NCBI GenBank assembly: GCA_026413765.1
Contig: JAOAKI010000004.1
Location: 33,513 to 97,512 of the forward strand
Source: Candidatus Micrarchaeota archaeon
GTDB lineage: Archaea > Micrarchaeota > Micrarchaeia > Anstonellales > Anstonellaceae
Reading direction: 5' to 3'
Length of the DNA: 64,000 bases
Part shown: piece by piece, positions 19,393 through 28,728 of the stretch
Layout of the letters: each line of letters opens with the position of its first letter
Numbering within the stretch: position 1 is the first letter of the stretch
Notes under the pieces: generated by a model
Told to the model about the DNA's origin: nothing
The model's input: only the letters and a program-made list of their open reading frames with translations
The model's database searches: none
Made by a program: the position numbers and the translations under genes

Positions 19393-20634
19393 ATGGATAG
19401 GATTTCTAGCTTTCTTCTGGTTTTTGGGCTGTTTTTGCTTTTTTTTGGCTGTGCTTCACAGCCTCCATCTGAAGCCCAACAAACGCCTTCGAACAAAATC
19501 CTGAGCGTGCAGGATTTGCAGACCACGAAAGAAGCAGCTCCTGCGCTGCAGTTCCCAAAGAATGAATTGAGAGGGTTAGTGACTGTCAACTATCCGGACG
19601 GCGGGCAAGATTTTCTGGTGCTTTTGCCTGGAGAAAAGAAATACCTGAGAGACAACAAGACAATAATCTACCTTAACTATATTACAAGAAACGACGGTTT
19701 GTACTATGCACAGCTTTACATCAATGATGCAAAATATACTCTTTTTGCAGGGCAGGCAGATTTTGCCGGGCTTCCTGGCTCAACCTTTGATGTACTTATG
19801 CGGCCATATGAGTTAGCCGCCAAAATAAAATTTGTCGGGCCGTCCAAGCAAACCGACTATCCAGCAGCCACAATAGGAAGCGTTTTTGACCTTGGCGGCA
19901 AGCAATACACTCTTGTGGACTTGCTCTATGGAGTTTCTTCAGGGCCAAAAGCAGCAATATTTTCAGATGGGGCTTCGCTGTCTTCTATGCACCCAACAAT
20001 GGGATCGCTGACAAGAGAAGGCTTTGAAATCAAAATAAATGATGTTTTCCCACTTTCGCAAGAAGCTCCTGCCAAGCCTTCACCAAAGCCAAATATAATC
20101 TTGCCTCGTGTTCCAGAAAGAGCTACTGCAGAAAGAGCCTTCCTTTACATCAATTATTCGGACGGCGTCATCCAATATGCTGCGATGGAAAAAGGCGAGA
20201 AGTTAGTTTTGCAGAATGGCAGAACGCTATCGCTGATAAACCTAGACATAGATTATACTTTGGCCTCAAACAAGGCATTTCTTGAAGTTGACAAGCAGAA
20301 GTTCAATTTGAGGATCGGGGAAGAGTTCTCACTGGACGGAGTCACAATCACGTTCCTGGATCCAATATTGCCAAGGCACAATTTCCTTGCTTCGTTTGAG
20401 CTGAGGAAAGCTTCTGGGCAGCAAATCAAGACTTTCACTGTTTTGCCGGGCAACAAGTTCGAATATGACGGCAAAACATGCACGCTTGAAGATGTCTATC
20501 CAGGGCTCACCCTCCAGGTTGTCTCTGCTCTTGTCAGCTGCGACAAAGAGGCGTTTTTGCTTATGGCAGGCCAAATGCATAAAGGCAAGAACGAACTTCT
20601 CATCCTTCTGACAGTGCAGCAACGGCCAAAATGA
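19393..20634 (+). CDS. Hypothetical lipoprotein, two-fold internally repeated beta-rich domain
   Basis: Lipobox FFGC after RBS GAGGTG; halves VNYPDGG..LLPGEK and INYSDGV..MEKGEK are similar. Confidence 0.65.
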   Translation: MDRISSFLLVFGLFLLFFGCASQPPSEAQQTPSNKILSVQDLQTTKEAAPALQFPKNELRGLVTVNYPDGGQDFLVLLPGEKKYLRDNKTIIYLNYITRNDGLYYAQLYINDAKYTLFAGQADFAGLPGSTFDVLMRPYELAAKIKFVGPSKQTDYPAATIGSVFDLGGKQYTLVDLLYGVSSGPKAAIFSDGASLSSMHPTMGSLTREGFEIKINDVFPLSQEAPAKPSPKPNIILPRVPERATAERAFLYINYSDGVIQYAAMEKGEKLVLQNGRTLSLINLDIDYTLASNKAFLEVDKQKFNLRIGEEFSLDGVTITFLDPILPRHNFLASFELRKASGQQIKTFTVLPGNKFEYDGKTCTLEDVYPGLTLQVVSALVSCDKEAFLLMAGQMHKGKNELLILLTVQQRPK

Positions 20635-20642
20635 AAATATAA

Positions 20643-20687
20643 GGGCAGCGGTCCATGCTTGGTTCCGCCGCCCCGCTTTATTTTTTT
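20643..20687. terminator. GC-rich hairpin followed by a T-tract between convergent genes
   Basis: GGGCAGCGG...CCGCCGCCC stem, then TTTATTTTTT. Confidence 0.35.
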
Positions 20688-21588
20688 AGCCGCCAGTTGG
20701 AGGCACTATAGGCAGCTTTCCTATTTCAGGCAGCTCTTTTTCTTTTGCAGGAATTGTAAAGTCTTCTTCGCTGACTTCTAGCCAGTATTTTAGCGCGGTT
20801 ATTTCAGTTTCAACCTCTCCGCCTGAAGCACGCGTGTAAAGCAGCACTCCCTCTTTGGAATAGCAGTATTGCATTATCTTCTTGAGCTCTTCTGATTTTG
20901 CTTCGAAGCAGAATGTTTCTGCTCCTGCAATATTCCTTGGAGGCAATGCCGATACTTCATATTTCATCACATTTTTCTCTAACTCACTTGCAAATTCAAT
21001 CGGAGAGGTGGGTGTTGCTGCCTTCTCTTGCGCAGGCATTTTTATACAGTCAAATCCAAACCCTTCTATTTTCACGCAAGCATGTATTTCGTTTCCAAGC
21101 ATGTAGAAGCGGCCTTCCATCGGCTCATCTTTTGTGTCTATCCTTTGCTTTTCTGGCCCTTTGATGTAAAGCATTATCTTTTTGGTCTCTTTTCCTATTA
21201 CAGGATTCTGAGTGGTTGACTCATATTCGGCTTTCCAGCCTGCAGCTGGCTTCTTCATCAATTCAAGCAGCTTGTCAATAGGTTTCCGTGCATCCGGCTT
21301 TGAAGGCTCAACTTCTCTTCTTTCTTGTTTTTCAGGAAGCTCTCTTGGTTTCTCCTCTTTCTTTTCAGGCTGCTGCTCTTCCTTCTTTGCCGGCTCGGGC
21401 TGCTTTCTTTCAGCCTCCTCTTCTTCTGTCCGGCTTTTGGTCGGCTCTGCGCTTCTTTCAGTTTTTTGCCCAGCCTTGGTTTCGGTCTGCTCCTTTTTTT
21501 CCGCCTCCTTGCTTGGCGAAGGCGCTTGGCCAGCACATCCAGCAAAAAGAAGCATTCCTACCAGCAAGACAATCCAAAAGCTTTTCAA
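20686..21588 (-). CDS. Hypothetical lipoprotein with charged linker and C-terminal beta-sheet domain (possibly LolA-like fold)
   Basis: Lipobox FAGC, E/K/P-rich linker, domain with paired Cys and YCYSKEGVLL...VSEEDFTIPA. Confidence 0.6.
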   Translation of the reverse strand: MKSFWIVLLVGMLLFAGCAGQAPSPSKEAEKKEQTETKAGQKTERSAEPTKSRTEEEEAERKQPEPAKKEEQQPEKKEEKPRELPEKQERREVEPSKPDARKPIDKLLELMKKPAAGWKAEYESTTQNPVIGKETKKIMLYIKGPEKQRIDTKDEPMEGRFYMLGNEIHACVKIEGFGFDCIKMPAQEKAATPTSPIEFASELEKNVMKYEVSALPPRNIAGAETFCFEAKSEELKKIMQYCYSKEGVLLYTRASGGEVETEITALKYWLEVSEEDFTIPAKEKELPEIGKLPIVPPTGG

Positions 21589-21739
21589 CTTATCACCTCG
21601 CCGACATATCGGTCAAATCATTTTTAATTTTTTATATCCCAAAAAAAGTAAGTAACCGCCTTTTGGCTATTTTTCTTTCCGGCCTTTGACTTTCTTCTCA
21701 AAAACTCAATCTTTTAAGCTTTCAAGCAGTCTTTTCTCT

Positions 21740-21889
21740 ATGGCGGTTTCAGAATGTCCTGCGTGCACTTATCATATACCGGTTGGCAATCTGCAGGAAG
21801 GAGACACTATCAAATGCCCAGATTGCGGGGTGCTCTTAAAGCTGGTCAGGGCGTTTCCTCCTATCTTTGAAGAGGTACAAGAAGGGTAG
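21740..21889 (+). CDS. Small zinc-ribbon protein, LysW-like
   Basis: CPAC...GDTIKCPDCGVLL...PPIFEE; TATA-like TTTTAAG about 25 nt upstream. Confidence 0.7.
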   Translation: MAVSECPACTYHIPVGNLQEGDTIKCPDCGVLLKLVRAFPPIFEEVQEG

Positions 21890-21894
21890 TTGTT

Positions 21895-23322
21895 ATGCGT
21901 TTTGCCTTTCTTTTTGCATTAGTTGCCTTATTGCCGCTTTCGTTTTGCCTATGGACTGCACAAATAAACATCACAGTGGCGGATTTGGCAGGAAGGCCGG
22001 TGGACAAGGCGCAAGTTTCTGTAGTTTATCAGAAAGCAAGCCAGGTTTCAGAGACTGACGGGCTTGTTTCTGGCGAGACAAACCAGAATGGCATATTTAC
22101 TGCATTCCTTTCAAACAGGGTTCCGGAGCAGGCTGCATCGCGGAATATACAAGTGCGGGTATCTACAATCTATTGGCAGGGCGAGACAAAAAAGCTTACT
22201 ATAAACGAGTCTGATATAAGGCCAATAAGGTTCGTTGTGCCTTTCAGGCTTGAGGAGTTTTACGTAAAAGTCGTCTCATCAAAAGATGAGCCTGTCAGGG
22301 GGGCGGATGTAGTCATCAGCGGCAAAATTCCAATCAAAAAGCAGACAGGCTTGGATGGCCGCACAAGGTTCTTCTTCCCGCAAAACTTCTCATTTGCAGG
22401 ATATGTAGTTTACATGAACTCAAGCATACAATTCAATTCATCTGCCATCAAGCAGATTGAAAACAAATCTACCATCGTTGTCAAGTTGCCTGCCTTTGAA
22501 GGCGAGACGATTGGCAGCGTTGCCGGCAGCGGCAAGATGAACTTTTCATTTTCTTTGCTTGGGCTTAATGGCTCTGCATTGGCTGAAAGAAAAGTCCTTC
22601 TTTCTTTTGACGGGAAAAATTACACCGTCTATACTGACGAAGATGGGGCTGCGCTTTTCTTTTATGACAAAGAGGGGCAACTCAACCTGACTGTGAGGGA
22701 ATATGAACATGACTATAGCTTTTCATTCAACCTTTCAAACCAAACAAACGCAACCGAAATCAAGCTTTACCCGCTTTTGAAAATCGTGCGCAGCGGCGCA
22801 ACCCCTCAAAAGCAGGTCAATTGCTTCACCCTTTTTGCGAATGTCTCTGACCCAAGGAAAAACCTCTCATTGAGGGTCAGGATGCTGCCGCAACAAGGAG
22901 GCCAAAAGGCTTCATCAGTGCTCAAGGTGAACAACACTTCTTCTGATTTTTTTGTTTCTGAATATTGCATAACCTCTGACACAGTCATCAAGATTGTCGC
23001 CTCAAATAAATACGAAAGCGCGGAGGCGTTTGTGAACCTAACGTTTGTCCGGCCGCAGGCAGCCGGCCCAGCAAAAGCAAACCTCACAAACCCATTCCAG
23101 CCTGCCGCAAAAGAGCAAGAGACTGATGACATGGTTGTCGTTGCAATTGTTTTGCTGGTCTCGTTGGCTGCCGCATCGTTTTTTGCAAGAGCATATATCG
23201 CCCAAAGCGCTCGCTTCATCATTGAATACCTGCGCAAAACAAGGGAAAACATCGAAAAAAGAAGGAAAAAGCCGCAAATCCCGCCTCTTGTGCCTCCGCC
23301 TCCTCCCCCGCCTGCATCTTGA
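21895..23322 (+). CDS. Surface protein with carboxypeptidase-regulatory-like (Ig-like) repeats, C-terminal TM and poly-Pro tail
   Basis: Repeated GRPVDKAQV/TNQNG, PVRGADV/TGLDG, TDEDG motifs; signal peptide and TM anchor. Confidence 0.7.
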   Translation: MRFAFLFALVALLPLSFCLWTAQINITVADLAGRPVDKAQVSVVYQKASQVSETDGLVSGETNQNGIFTAFLSNRVPEQAASRNIQVRVSTIYWQGETKKLTINESDIRPIRFVVPFRLEEFYVKVVSSKDEPVRGADVVISGKIPIKKQTGLDGRTRFFFPQNFSFAGYVVYMNSSIQFNSSAIKQIENKSTIVVKLPAFEGETIGSVAGSGKMNFSFSLLGLNGSALAERKVLLSFDGKNYTVYTDEDGAALFFYDKEGQLNLTVREYEHDYSFSFNLSNQTNATEIKLYPLLKIVRSGATPQKQVNCFTLFANVSDPRKNLSLRVRMLPQQGGQKASSVLKVNNTSSDFFVSEYCITSDTVIKIVASNKYESAEAFVNLTFVRPQAAGPAKANLTNPFQPAAKEQETDDMVVVAIVLLVSLAAASFFARAYIAQSARFIIEYLRKTRENIEKRRKKPQIPPLVPPPPPPPAS

Positions 23323-23336
23323 TTTCTTACTTGCTC

Positions 23337-25238
23337 TTACTTCAGCCTTATTGCGTCAAGGTTCATGGGCGCGCGCGACTCGATGCGCATTATGTGTGAT
23401 ATTGACCTGCTTAGGTCCTCGCATTTTTTCTCGTCTCCGTGAAGTGTGAACACTTTCTCTGGCTTTGGCCGCATGTTTTTCAGCAGAGAAAGCAGCTGGT
23501 TCCTGTCCGAATGGCCCGAATAGCCTTCCACTGTCTCCACCTGCATATTTATCTTCACCGAGACTGTCCGTCCATCATCGCCTATCATCGCTACCTCTTT
23601 TTGCCCTCGCTGGATTTTCCTCCCAAGCGATAGGGCAGACTGATAGCCAACAAAAAAGAGCGCATTTTTCGGGTCCTCGGCAAGCAGCTTGAGATATTCG
23701 ACCGACGGGCCGCCCGAAAGCATGCCAGAAGGAGCAATTATTATTGCGGCCTCTCCTTCCGCAATTTCGTGCCTTTCTTTCTTGACAGGCTCAAATATCC
23801 TTGACTCAAATGGAGAGTCGTTTGACAATATCCTCCTTTGGATGCTGTGGCGAAGGTATTCTGGATATGCAGTGTGTATAGCGGATGCTTCAAGTATCAT
23901 CCCATCAAGATAGACTGGCCAGTTGAAATCTTTGTTTTTTGATGCGTATTCCTCAAAGACAAGCATTATCTCCTGCGACCTTCCTACTGCAAAGCTTGGG
24001 ATCAGCACCTTGCCGCCGCGCTGGCATACTTGGACTGCAAGCTCCACCAGCCGCTTGTCTGCCTCGTGCCTGTTTGGCTGGATGTCGTTCCTGCCGCCAT
24101 ACGTGCTGTCCAAAAACAGCGTCTCAACACGTGGGAAAACGGTGTTTGCCTGGTCAAACAGCCTGGTGAATCCATATTTTACGTCCCCTGAAAATACAAG
24201 GTTGTGCAACCCCTCCCCAATATGCAGATGGACCATCGCGCTCCCTAGAATATGGCCTGCATTGTAAAATGTGAGCTTTATTTCAGGCGTAATGTCTATG
24301 ACTTCTCCATAGTCAACCGTCACCATGTGCGAAAGCTCTTTTTGTATGTCTTTTATGCCGTATGGAGGAGAATATTGCGAGTTTTTGTTTGCTATAGAGA
24401 TGAAATCCATCTGCAGCAAAATTGCCAGCTCTCTTGTTGGCGTGGTGCAATATACTGGCCCCTCATAGCCATAAGCGTAAAGATAAGGAATGAAGCCGCA
24501 GTGGTCCATATGTGCATGAGTCAGCACAACTGCGTCTAGCTGGTCAAGCTCAAGATTCATCGCATTAAGGTAAGGGTATGCCTTTGTTGGCTCGAAGGTC
24601 TCTGGGTTTATGCCGCAATCAATCAAGACGTTCGAGTGCGGAGTCTGCACAAGCGCGCAGCTTCTTCCAACTTCGTTGAATCCGCCAAGCGCAGTCACTT
24701 TCACCCAATCGCTTTTGCCTTCAGAGTTTGTGCATATTTTTTTCCCAAGTGCGTTGAGGAACTTTTTCCTTGCGGCGGCTTCTTTGAGCATGCTGCTTCT
24801 TATGCCCTTGATTGTCGAGGAGGGCATTGTCGGAGTTCGCAAAACCACAGGCGCCCAATGTGTTTTCTGAATAATCGCCTTCAGCGTCACGCCCCCTTTG
24901 CCAATCACCAGCCCAGGCTTGAGGGCTTCAATGTTCACCTCGCAAAATTCTGGGTTGAACTTTATGCCGTCTTCTGCCACCCCAGCCTCAGGAGGGATGA
25001 TCTCCCTTATTGTTTTGAGCGCCTCTTCTGGCGGCATGAGCGAAGAGGGGTCGGATTTGACCAATATGCGCTTTCTTATCGTGCTTGCGATTTTGCGGAT
25101 TAGCTGGTCGTTCTCGTAAAAAGCGCCAATATTTTTGAGATATATTACTATGTCTAACCCTTCTGCTTCCACTTTTGTCATCTTGCATTCGCTTGGCACA
25201 AGCTCGTGCAGTTTTTTCTCTATTTCCTTTAACTCCAA
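23337..25238 (-). CDS. Beta-CASP ribonuclease aCPSF1 (FttA), KH domains plus MBL
   Basis: KPGLVIGKGG (KH), LGGFNEVGRS, THAHMDH, AGHILGS, SGHSD. Confidence 0.97.
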   Translation of the reverse strand: MELKEIEKKLHELVPSECKMTKVEAEGLDIVIYLKNIGAFYENDQLIRKIASTIRKRILVKSDPSSLMPPEEALKTIREIIPPEAGVAEDGIKFNPEFCEVNIEALKPGLVIGKGGVTLKAIIQKTHWAPVVLRTPTMPSSTIKGIRSSMLKEAAARKKFLNALGKKICTNSEGKSDWVKVTALGGFNEVGRSCALVQTPHSNVLIDCGINPETFEPTKAYPYLNAMNLELDQLDAVVLTHAHMDHCGFIPYLYAYGYEGPVYCTTPTRELAILLQMDFISIANKNSQYSPPYGIKDIQKELSHMVTVDYGEVIDITPEIKLTFYNAGHILGSAMVHLHIGEGLHNLVFSGDVKYGFTRLFDQANTVFPRVETLFLDSTYGGRNDIQPNRHEADKRLVELAVQVCQRGGKVLIPSFAVGRSQEIMLVFEEYASKNKDFNWPVYLDGMILEASAIHTAYPEYLRHSIQRRILSNDSPFESRIFEPVKKERHEIAEGEAAIIIAPSGMLSGGPSVEYLKLLAEDPKNALFFVGYQSALSLGRKIQRGQKEVAMIGDDGRTVSVKINMQVETVEGYSGHSDRNQLLSLLKNMRPKPEKVFTLHGDEKKCEDLSRSISHIMRIESRAPMNLDAIRLK

Positions 25239-25278
25239 TTAAGTCGCCTCTCATTTTTTTTGCTTGAAGCGTGAAAAG

Positions 25279-25917
25279 CTATTGCAGCAATTTTTCTATT
25301 TCGTTTTTCTCATACCTTCTGAACCCTGCTTTTGTGATGGACACCAAATCAATGTCTTCACCGCTTGCAGCATCCCTCTTCATTGCGGCAAAGATCGCCC
25401 TTGCGGCAATCTTGAGGTTGTCTTTCACCGTTCCGCCTTCTTTGTATGACTCTTCAAGAACTCCATATGCAATTGGCGAGCCCGAGCCGGTAGAGACATA
25501 TTTTTCCTCTGTCACGCCGCCAAGCGCGTCAAGCGAGTAAAGCTCGCTTTTCTCAACATAGCCGCCAACAAGCAGCTGGACATAAAAGGGATAGAATTTG
25601 TAGCCTTGCAGGATGTTTGAAAGCAGGCTTGCCGCTGCCTTTGCGCTCATGCTTTTGCTGTTTCTCAGCCTATAGAGACTTGCCTCCGCTTGCATGAGCC
25701 TTATGAGCGCCTGCGCATCGCCAACACCACCCGCAATAGTCATCGAAAGGAAATCATCTATCTGGTAGATTTTGTATATGTCTTTGCTTGCAATAAAATA
25801 GCCCATTGTTGCGCGTCGGTCTGATGCCATTATTATTCCGTCAGTGCATACAAGACCAACTGTGGTAGTTCCAGTCTGCAAAATTTTCTTTTCGGCATCA
25901 GGCTGTTTGGCCGCCAT
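25279..25917 (-). CDS. psmB: Proteasome beta subunit
   Basis: Propeptide then TGTTTVGL (Thr nucleophile), TGSGSPIAYGVLE, RDAASG; conserved adjacency to aCPSF1. Confidence 0.97.
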   Translation of the reverse strand: MAAKQPDAEKKILQTGTTTVGLVCTDGIIMASDRRATMGYFIASKDIYKIYQIDDFLSMTIAGGVGDAQALIRLMQAEASLYRLRNSKSMSAKAAASLLSNILQGYKFYPFYVQLLVGGYVEKSELYSLDALGGVTEEKYVSTGSGSPIAYGVLEESYKEGGTVKDNLKIAARAIFAAMKRDAASGEDIDLVSITKAGFRRYEKNEIEKLLQ

Positions 25918-26084
25918 TTTTACCGCCTCTCAAAATTTGATAAGCCTATCCCCTACTACTCTTGATAAAGAGGTAGAAGAATAAAGCTACAGCTATAAAG
26001 CATGGAAAGGCTTAAATAGATATCCACTTAGCCTTGCGGCCCTCTCCTAAGTAGCCGCAGCCACCCTCTGCATTTTTGGCCTGC

Positions 26085-26864
26085 CTAGTCTTGCTTGCTG
26101 AATGCATTTTCCAGATTCTTTATCCTTTTGCTGACTGATGGGTGGGTTGAATAAAAGCTTAGATGGTAGATTTTTTCATAAAAGCCAATCAGCCATTGCG
26201 CGCTTTTTTCAAGCAGCTTGGATGCTTTTGAGGCAATCTCATCCAGCTTTTTGCTTTCAATGCTGCCCTTTATCTTTGCAAGAAGCTTTTGCGGAAAAGA
26301 AAGAATGGTTTGCACATCTATCTGCGCGTTTATCTTGGAAATCTTGTCTAGCGCACTTATGACTGCTTCCTTTGAAGTGTTTTTCGCGGCAAACAAGTCC
26401 GCCTCATATTCTCTTTTGTGCATCCGCCTGCTGCCAAAGTAGGTGATTGATGCAGTAACCAGAAAGAGCGCCAGTGCCTCGCTTGTTCCGAAAATGTTTT
26501 GGTTTTTGGAAAAAAGGTAAATGCAGTCGATTGCAGCAAATTGGTTCATTGCTATTGCTATCTGAAATGCTGCTGCACCAATGCCTCCTCGATGCCTATT
26601 TTTGCGGTGCCCAATCTCATGGGCAATTACAGCTTCGGCTTCCGCAAATGACAGCCTATCAATCAGCGTGGAGGTCACGATTATCTTGAAATCATGAGGG
26701 TAAGCTGCAACTTCCGCATGTATTCTTTTTGCTTCTCTTATGATTATTTCTGGCTGCTGCATGCCGTTTTTCTTGCATATCTCTTCTGCTCTTTCTTTCA
26801 ATCTCTGGAATGTGTGGATATTGTGCACTTGCTCAAGCGGTGACATTTTTGCCTTCAGTATCAT
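26085..26864 (-). CDS. M48 (HtpX-like) metallopeptidase
   Basis: AVIAHEIGH, REYEADLFA, STHPSVSKRI. Confidence 0.88.
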   Translation of the reverse strand: MILKAKMSPLEQVHNIHTFQRLKERAEEICKKNGMQQPEIIIREAKRIHAEVAAYPHDFKIIVTSTLIDRLSFAEAEAVIAHEIGHRKNRHRGGIGAAAFQIAIAMNQFAAIDCIYLFSKNQNIFGTSEALALFLVTASITYFGSRRMHKREYEADLFAAKNTSKEAVISALDKISKINAQIDVQTILSFPQKLLAKIKGSIESKKLDEIASKASKLLEKSAQWLIGFYEKIYHLSFYSTHPSVSKRIKNLENAFSKQD

Positions 26865-26890
26865 GTTTTAGTTTTTGTCAAATAGTGTAT

Positions 26891-27133
26891 TTAATCCTTT
26901 CTTTGCTGGCCAGCCAAATTTGCTGCTGCAAGCAAAAAAGCGCAAGCATTCAGTATTGCAAAAATCAAATTGTTAAGAAAGATGCTGTAAATAGTCAAAA
27001 GCAGGCTGCCTGCTGCATACAAAAGCGCAAACATGGTCGGAATCTTCTCTCTCTTTCTTTTCAGCTCAAGCCCCCACCCAAGCAATATGAGCAGGAGGCC
27101 AGCAATCCCAACAAGCTCGACAAGAATTCTCAT
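26891..27133 (-). CDS. Small 3-TM membrane protein (PQ-loop/SemiSWEET-like)
   Basis: Three hydrophobic helices; LLTIYSIFLNNLIFAILN pattern. Confidence 0.6.
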   Translation of the reverse strand: MRILVELVGIAGLLLILLGWGLELKRKREKIPTMFALLYAAGSLLLTIYSIFLNNLIFAILNACAFLLAAANLAGQQRKD

Positions 27134-27134
27134 T

Positions 27135-27836
27135 TTACACCTTTATTATGATTCCGTGCGGCCCTATCTCATAGTGGTGGAACGCGGTCGATGCGCCCAT
27201 CAAGCCTCTGACGTGCAGCTTGTCTTCTGTGAACTCTATGACGCCGTCCATCAGGTGCTCAATCATCTTGACTTGTTTTTCGTCATGCATGCCCTTTTCA
27301 AGCACATAAAGGGCAGTGCAGGCAGTCTTTCTTCCCTTCCCTGTCATGAATTGCATGAACCGAAAAACTGCATCTGGCGGGTTGGTTTCAAGCAAAGAGG
27401 AGACAGAATGGAATCCAAGGCGGTGATTTTCTGCGATCTGCGCTATCTGCTCTTGCAAGCCAGATATCGTCATTGAGATGTCTGAAAGGTCGGATGGATT
27501 GTCCACATAGCTGACAATGCCTTCATCTTCAAGCGACGGGTCAAACTGCTTTGAGTAGCAGTCTACCACCTGAAGCAGGCCGTTTTGCTCGTATTGATCA
27601 ATCGACCAGCCAGAGCTTTCCATCATTCCTCTCCAGTCATCGAACCCATAATCAAGCAAAACAAATATTCCCGGAATGTTCATTTTCAAGCCTTCATACA
27701 CAAATTGCATCAAAAGCGGCTTCTTGCCGCATAATGGGTCTCCATAAAGCAAAACATTGCTTTGCAGGGGCAACCCTCCCCCAAGAATGTCGTCTAATCC
27801 TTTTATTCCGGTCGGCAACACAAGGTCAGAGGGCAT
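27135..27836 (-). CDS. KaiC/RAD55-like ATPase domain protein with degenerate motifs
   Basis: PTGIKGLDDILGGG; Walker A GDPLCGKK; Walker B position FHS; EHLMDGVIEF. Confidence 0.85.
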   Translation of the reverse strand: MPSDLVLPTGIKGLDDILGGGLPLQSNVLLYGDPLCGKKPLLMQFVYEGLKMNIPGIFVLLDYGFDDWRGMMESSGWSIDQYEQNGLLQVVDCYSKQFDPSLEDEGIVSYVDNPSDLSDISMTISGLQEQIAQIAENHRLGFHSVSSLLETNPPDAVFRFMQFMTGKGRKTACTALYVLEKGMHDEKQVKMIEHLMDGVIEFTEDKLHVRGLMGASTAFHHYEIGPHGIIIKV

Positions 27837-27903
27837 CTTCCCACTTTCGGCGTGAATTAGATGCGCTGCATATTTATAAAAGTTGGCGATGGAATGGATT
27901 CAT

Positions 27904-28728
27904 ATGGCACCCCAAAAATTGAAGCCAACCGTGCAGCCGATCAAAAGAGGCAAAAAGCCAATCCAGCAAGAGGCAGAGCCGCAGGCAGATCAGCCAGTTG
28001 GCATTGAAGTGCCAGAAGGTTATACTCCCTCAGGCATTCCTGGCCTTGATGAGCTGATGGGCGGTCCGCTTGAAGAGGCATCCACTACAATCATTTTGGG
28101 TGGGCCAGGCTGCGGGAAAACTACCTTCCTTTGCCAGTTTCTCTATAATGGCGCGGTTGAGCACGGAGAGCCAGGTGTCTTGCTTTCATTTGAGGAGCCA
28201 AGTCAAATAATATTCAAGCACATGCAAAACTTTGGATTCGATTTCCTTTCTCTTGAAGAGCAGAACCTCTTTGCGTCGATAAGCTACAGGCCGCACGAAG
28301 TAAAAAAGCTCGTGGAAGAAGGCGGCGGGCTAATTTGGGACACCATCTCATCTATCGGAGCAAAAAGGCTGGCAATCGATTCTCTTACTTCTTACACGAT
28401 GCTTTTTGAGTCCCCTTACCAGGCAAGGGAAGCGCAGCTACTTCTTTTTGAGCTGCTGCACAAATGGAAATGCACCACTTTCCTTTCTGCAGAAGGCACG
28501 CCTTCGCTTCTTAACCATGGCATGTCTGGCATGGAATATCTGGCAGACGGAGTAATTCTTCTCCACCACCCGCGCCACCAGTCCACCCGCTTCAGGGCAA
28601 TTGAGATATTGAAAATGCGAGGGAGAAAGCACTCCGAGAAGCTTTGCCCATTTGACTTCATTCCAGGCAAAGGAATACAAATCTACCCAGAAGAAAATAT
28701 CTTTTATGACTTGCAGCAAGAAGTCTGA
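27904..28728 (+). CDS. KaiC/RAD55-like ATPase
   Basis: SGIPGLDELMGG, GGPGCGKTT, SFEE, RLAIDSLT, EYLADGVI, LKMRG. Confidence 0.92.
   Translation: MAPQKLKPTVQPIKRGKKPIQQEAEPQADQPVGIEVPEGYTPSGIPGLDELMGGPLEEASTTIILGGPGCGKTTFLCQFLYNGAVEHGEPGVLLSFEEPSQIIFKHMQNFGFDFLSLEEQNLFASISYRPHEVKKLVEEGGGLIWDTISSIGAKRLAIDSLTSYTMLFESPYQAREAQLLLFELLHKWKCTTFLSAEGTPSLLNHGMSGMEYLADGVILLHHPRHQSTRFRAIEILKMRGRKHSEKLCPFDFIPGKGIQIYPEENIFYDLQQEV

Noticed and set aside
21212-21689. Several overlapping plus-strand ORFs
   Set aside because: They arise from the low-complexity E/K/P linker of the minus-strand lipoprotein
26028-26085. GC-rich GCGGC/GCCGC stem as an ncRNA
   Set aside because: Short stem with no C/D, H/ACA or tRNA features
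26876-26896. Possible fourth heat-shock operator upstream of the HtpX-like gene (AAATA-GTG-TATTT)
   Set aside because: Only the AATA-N3-TATT core matches; expected by chance in AT-rich DNA
27135-28728. Circadian clock (kaiABC)
   Set aside because: Single-domain KaiC-like proteins with no kaiA or kaiB
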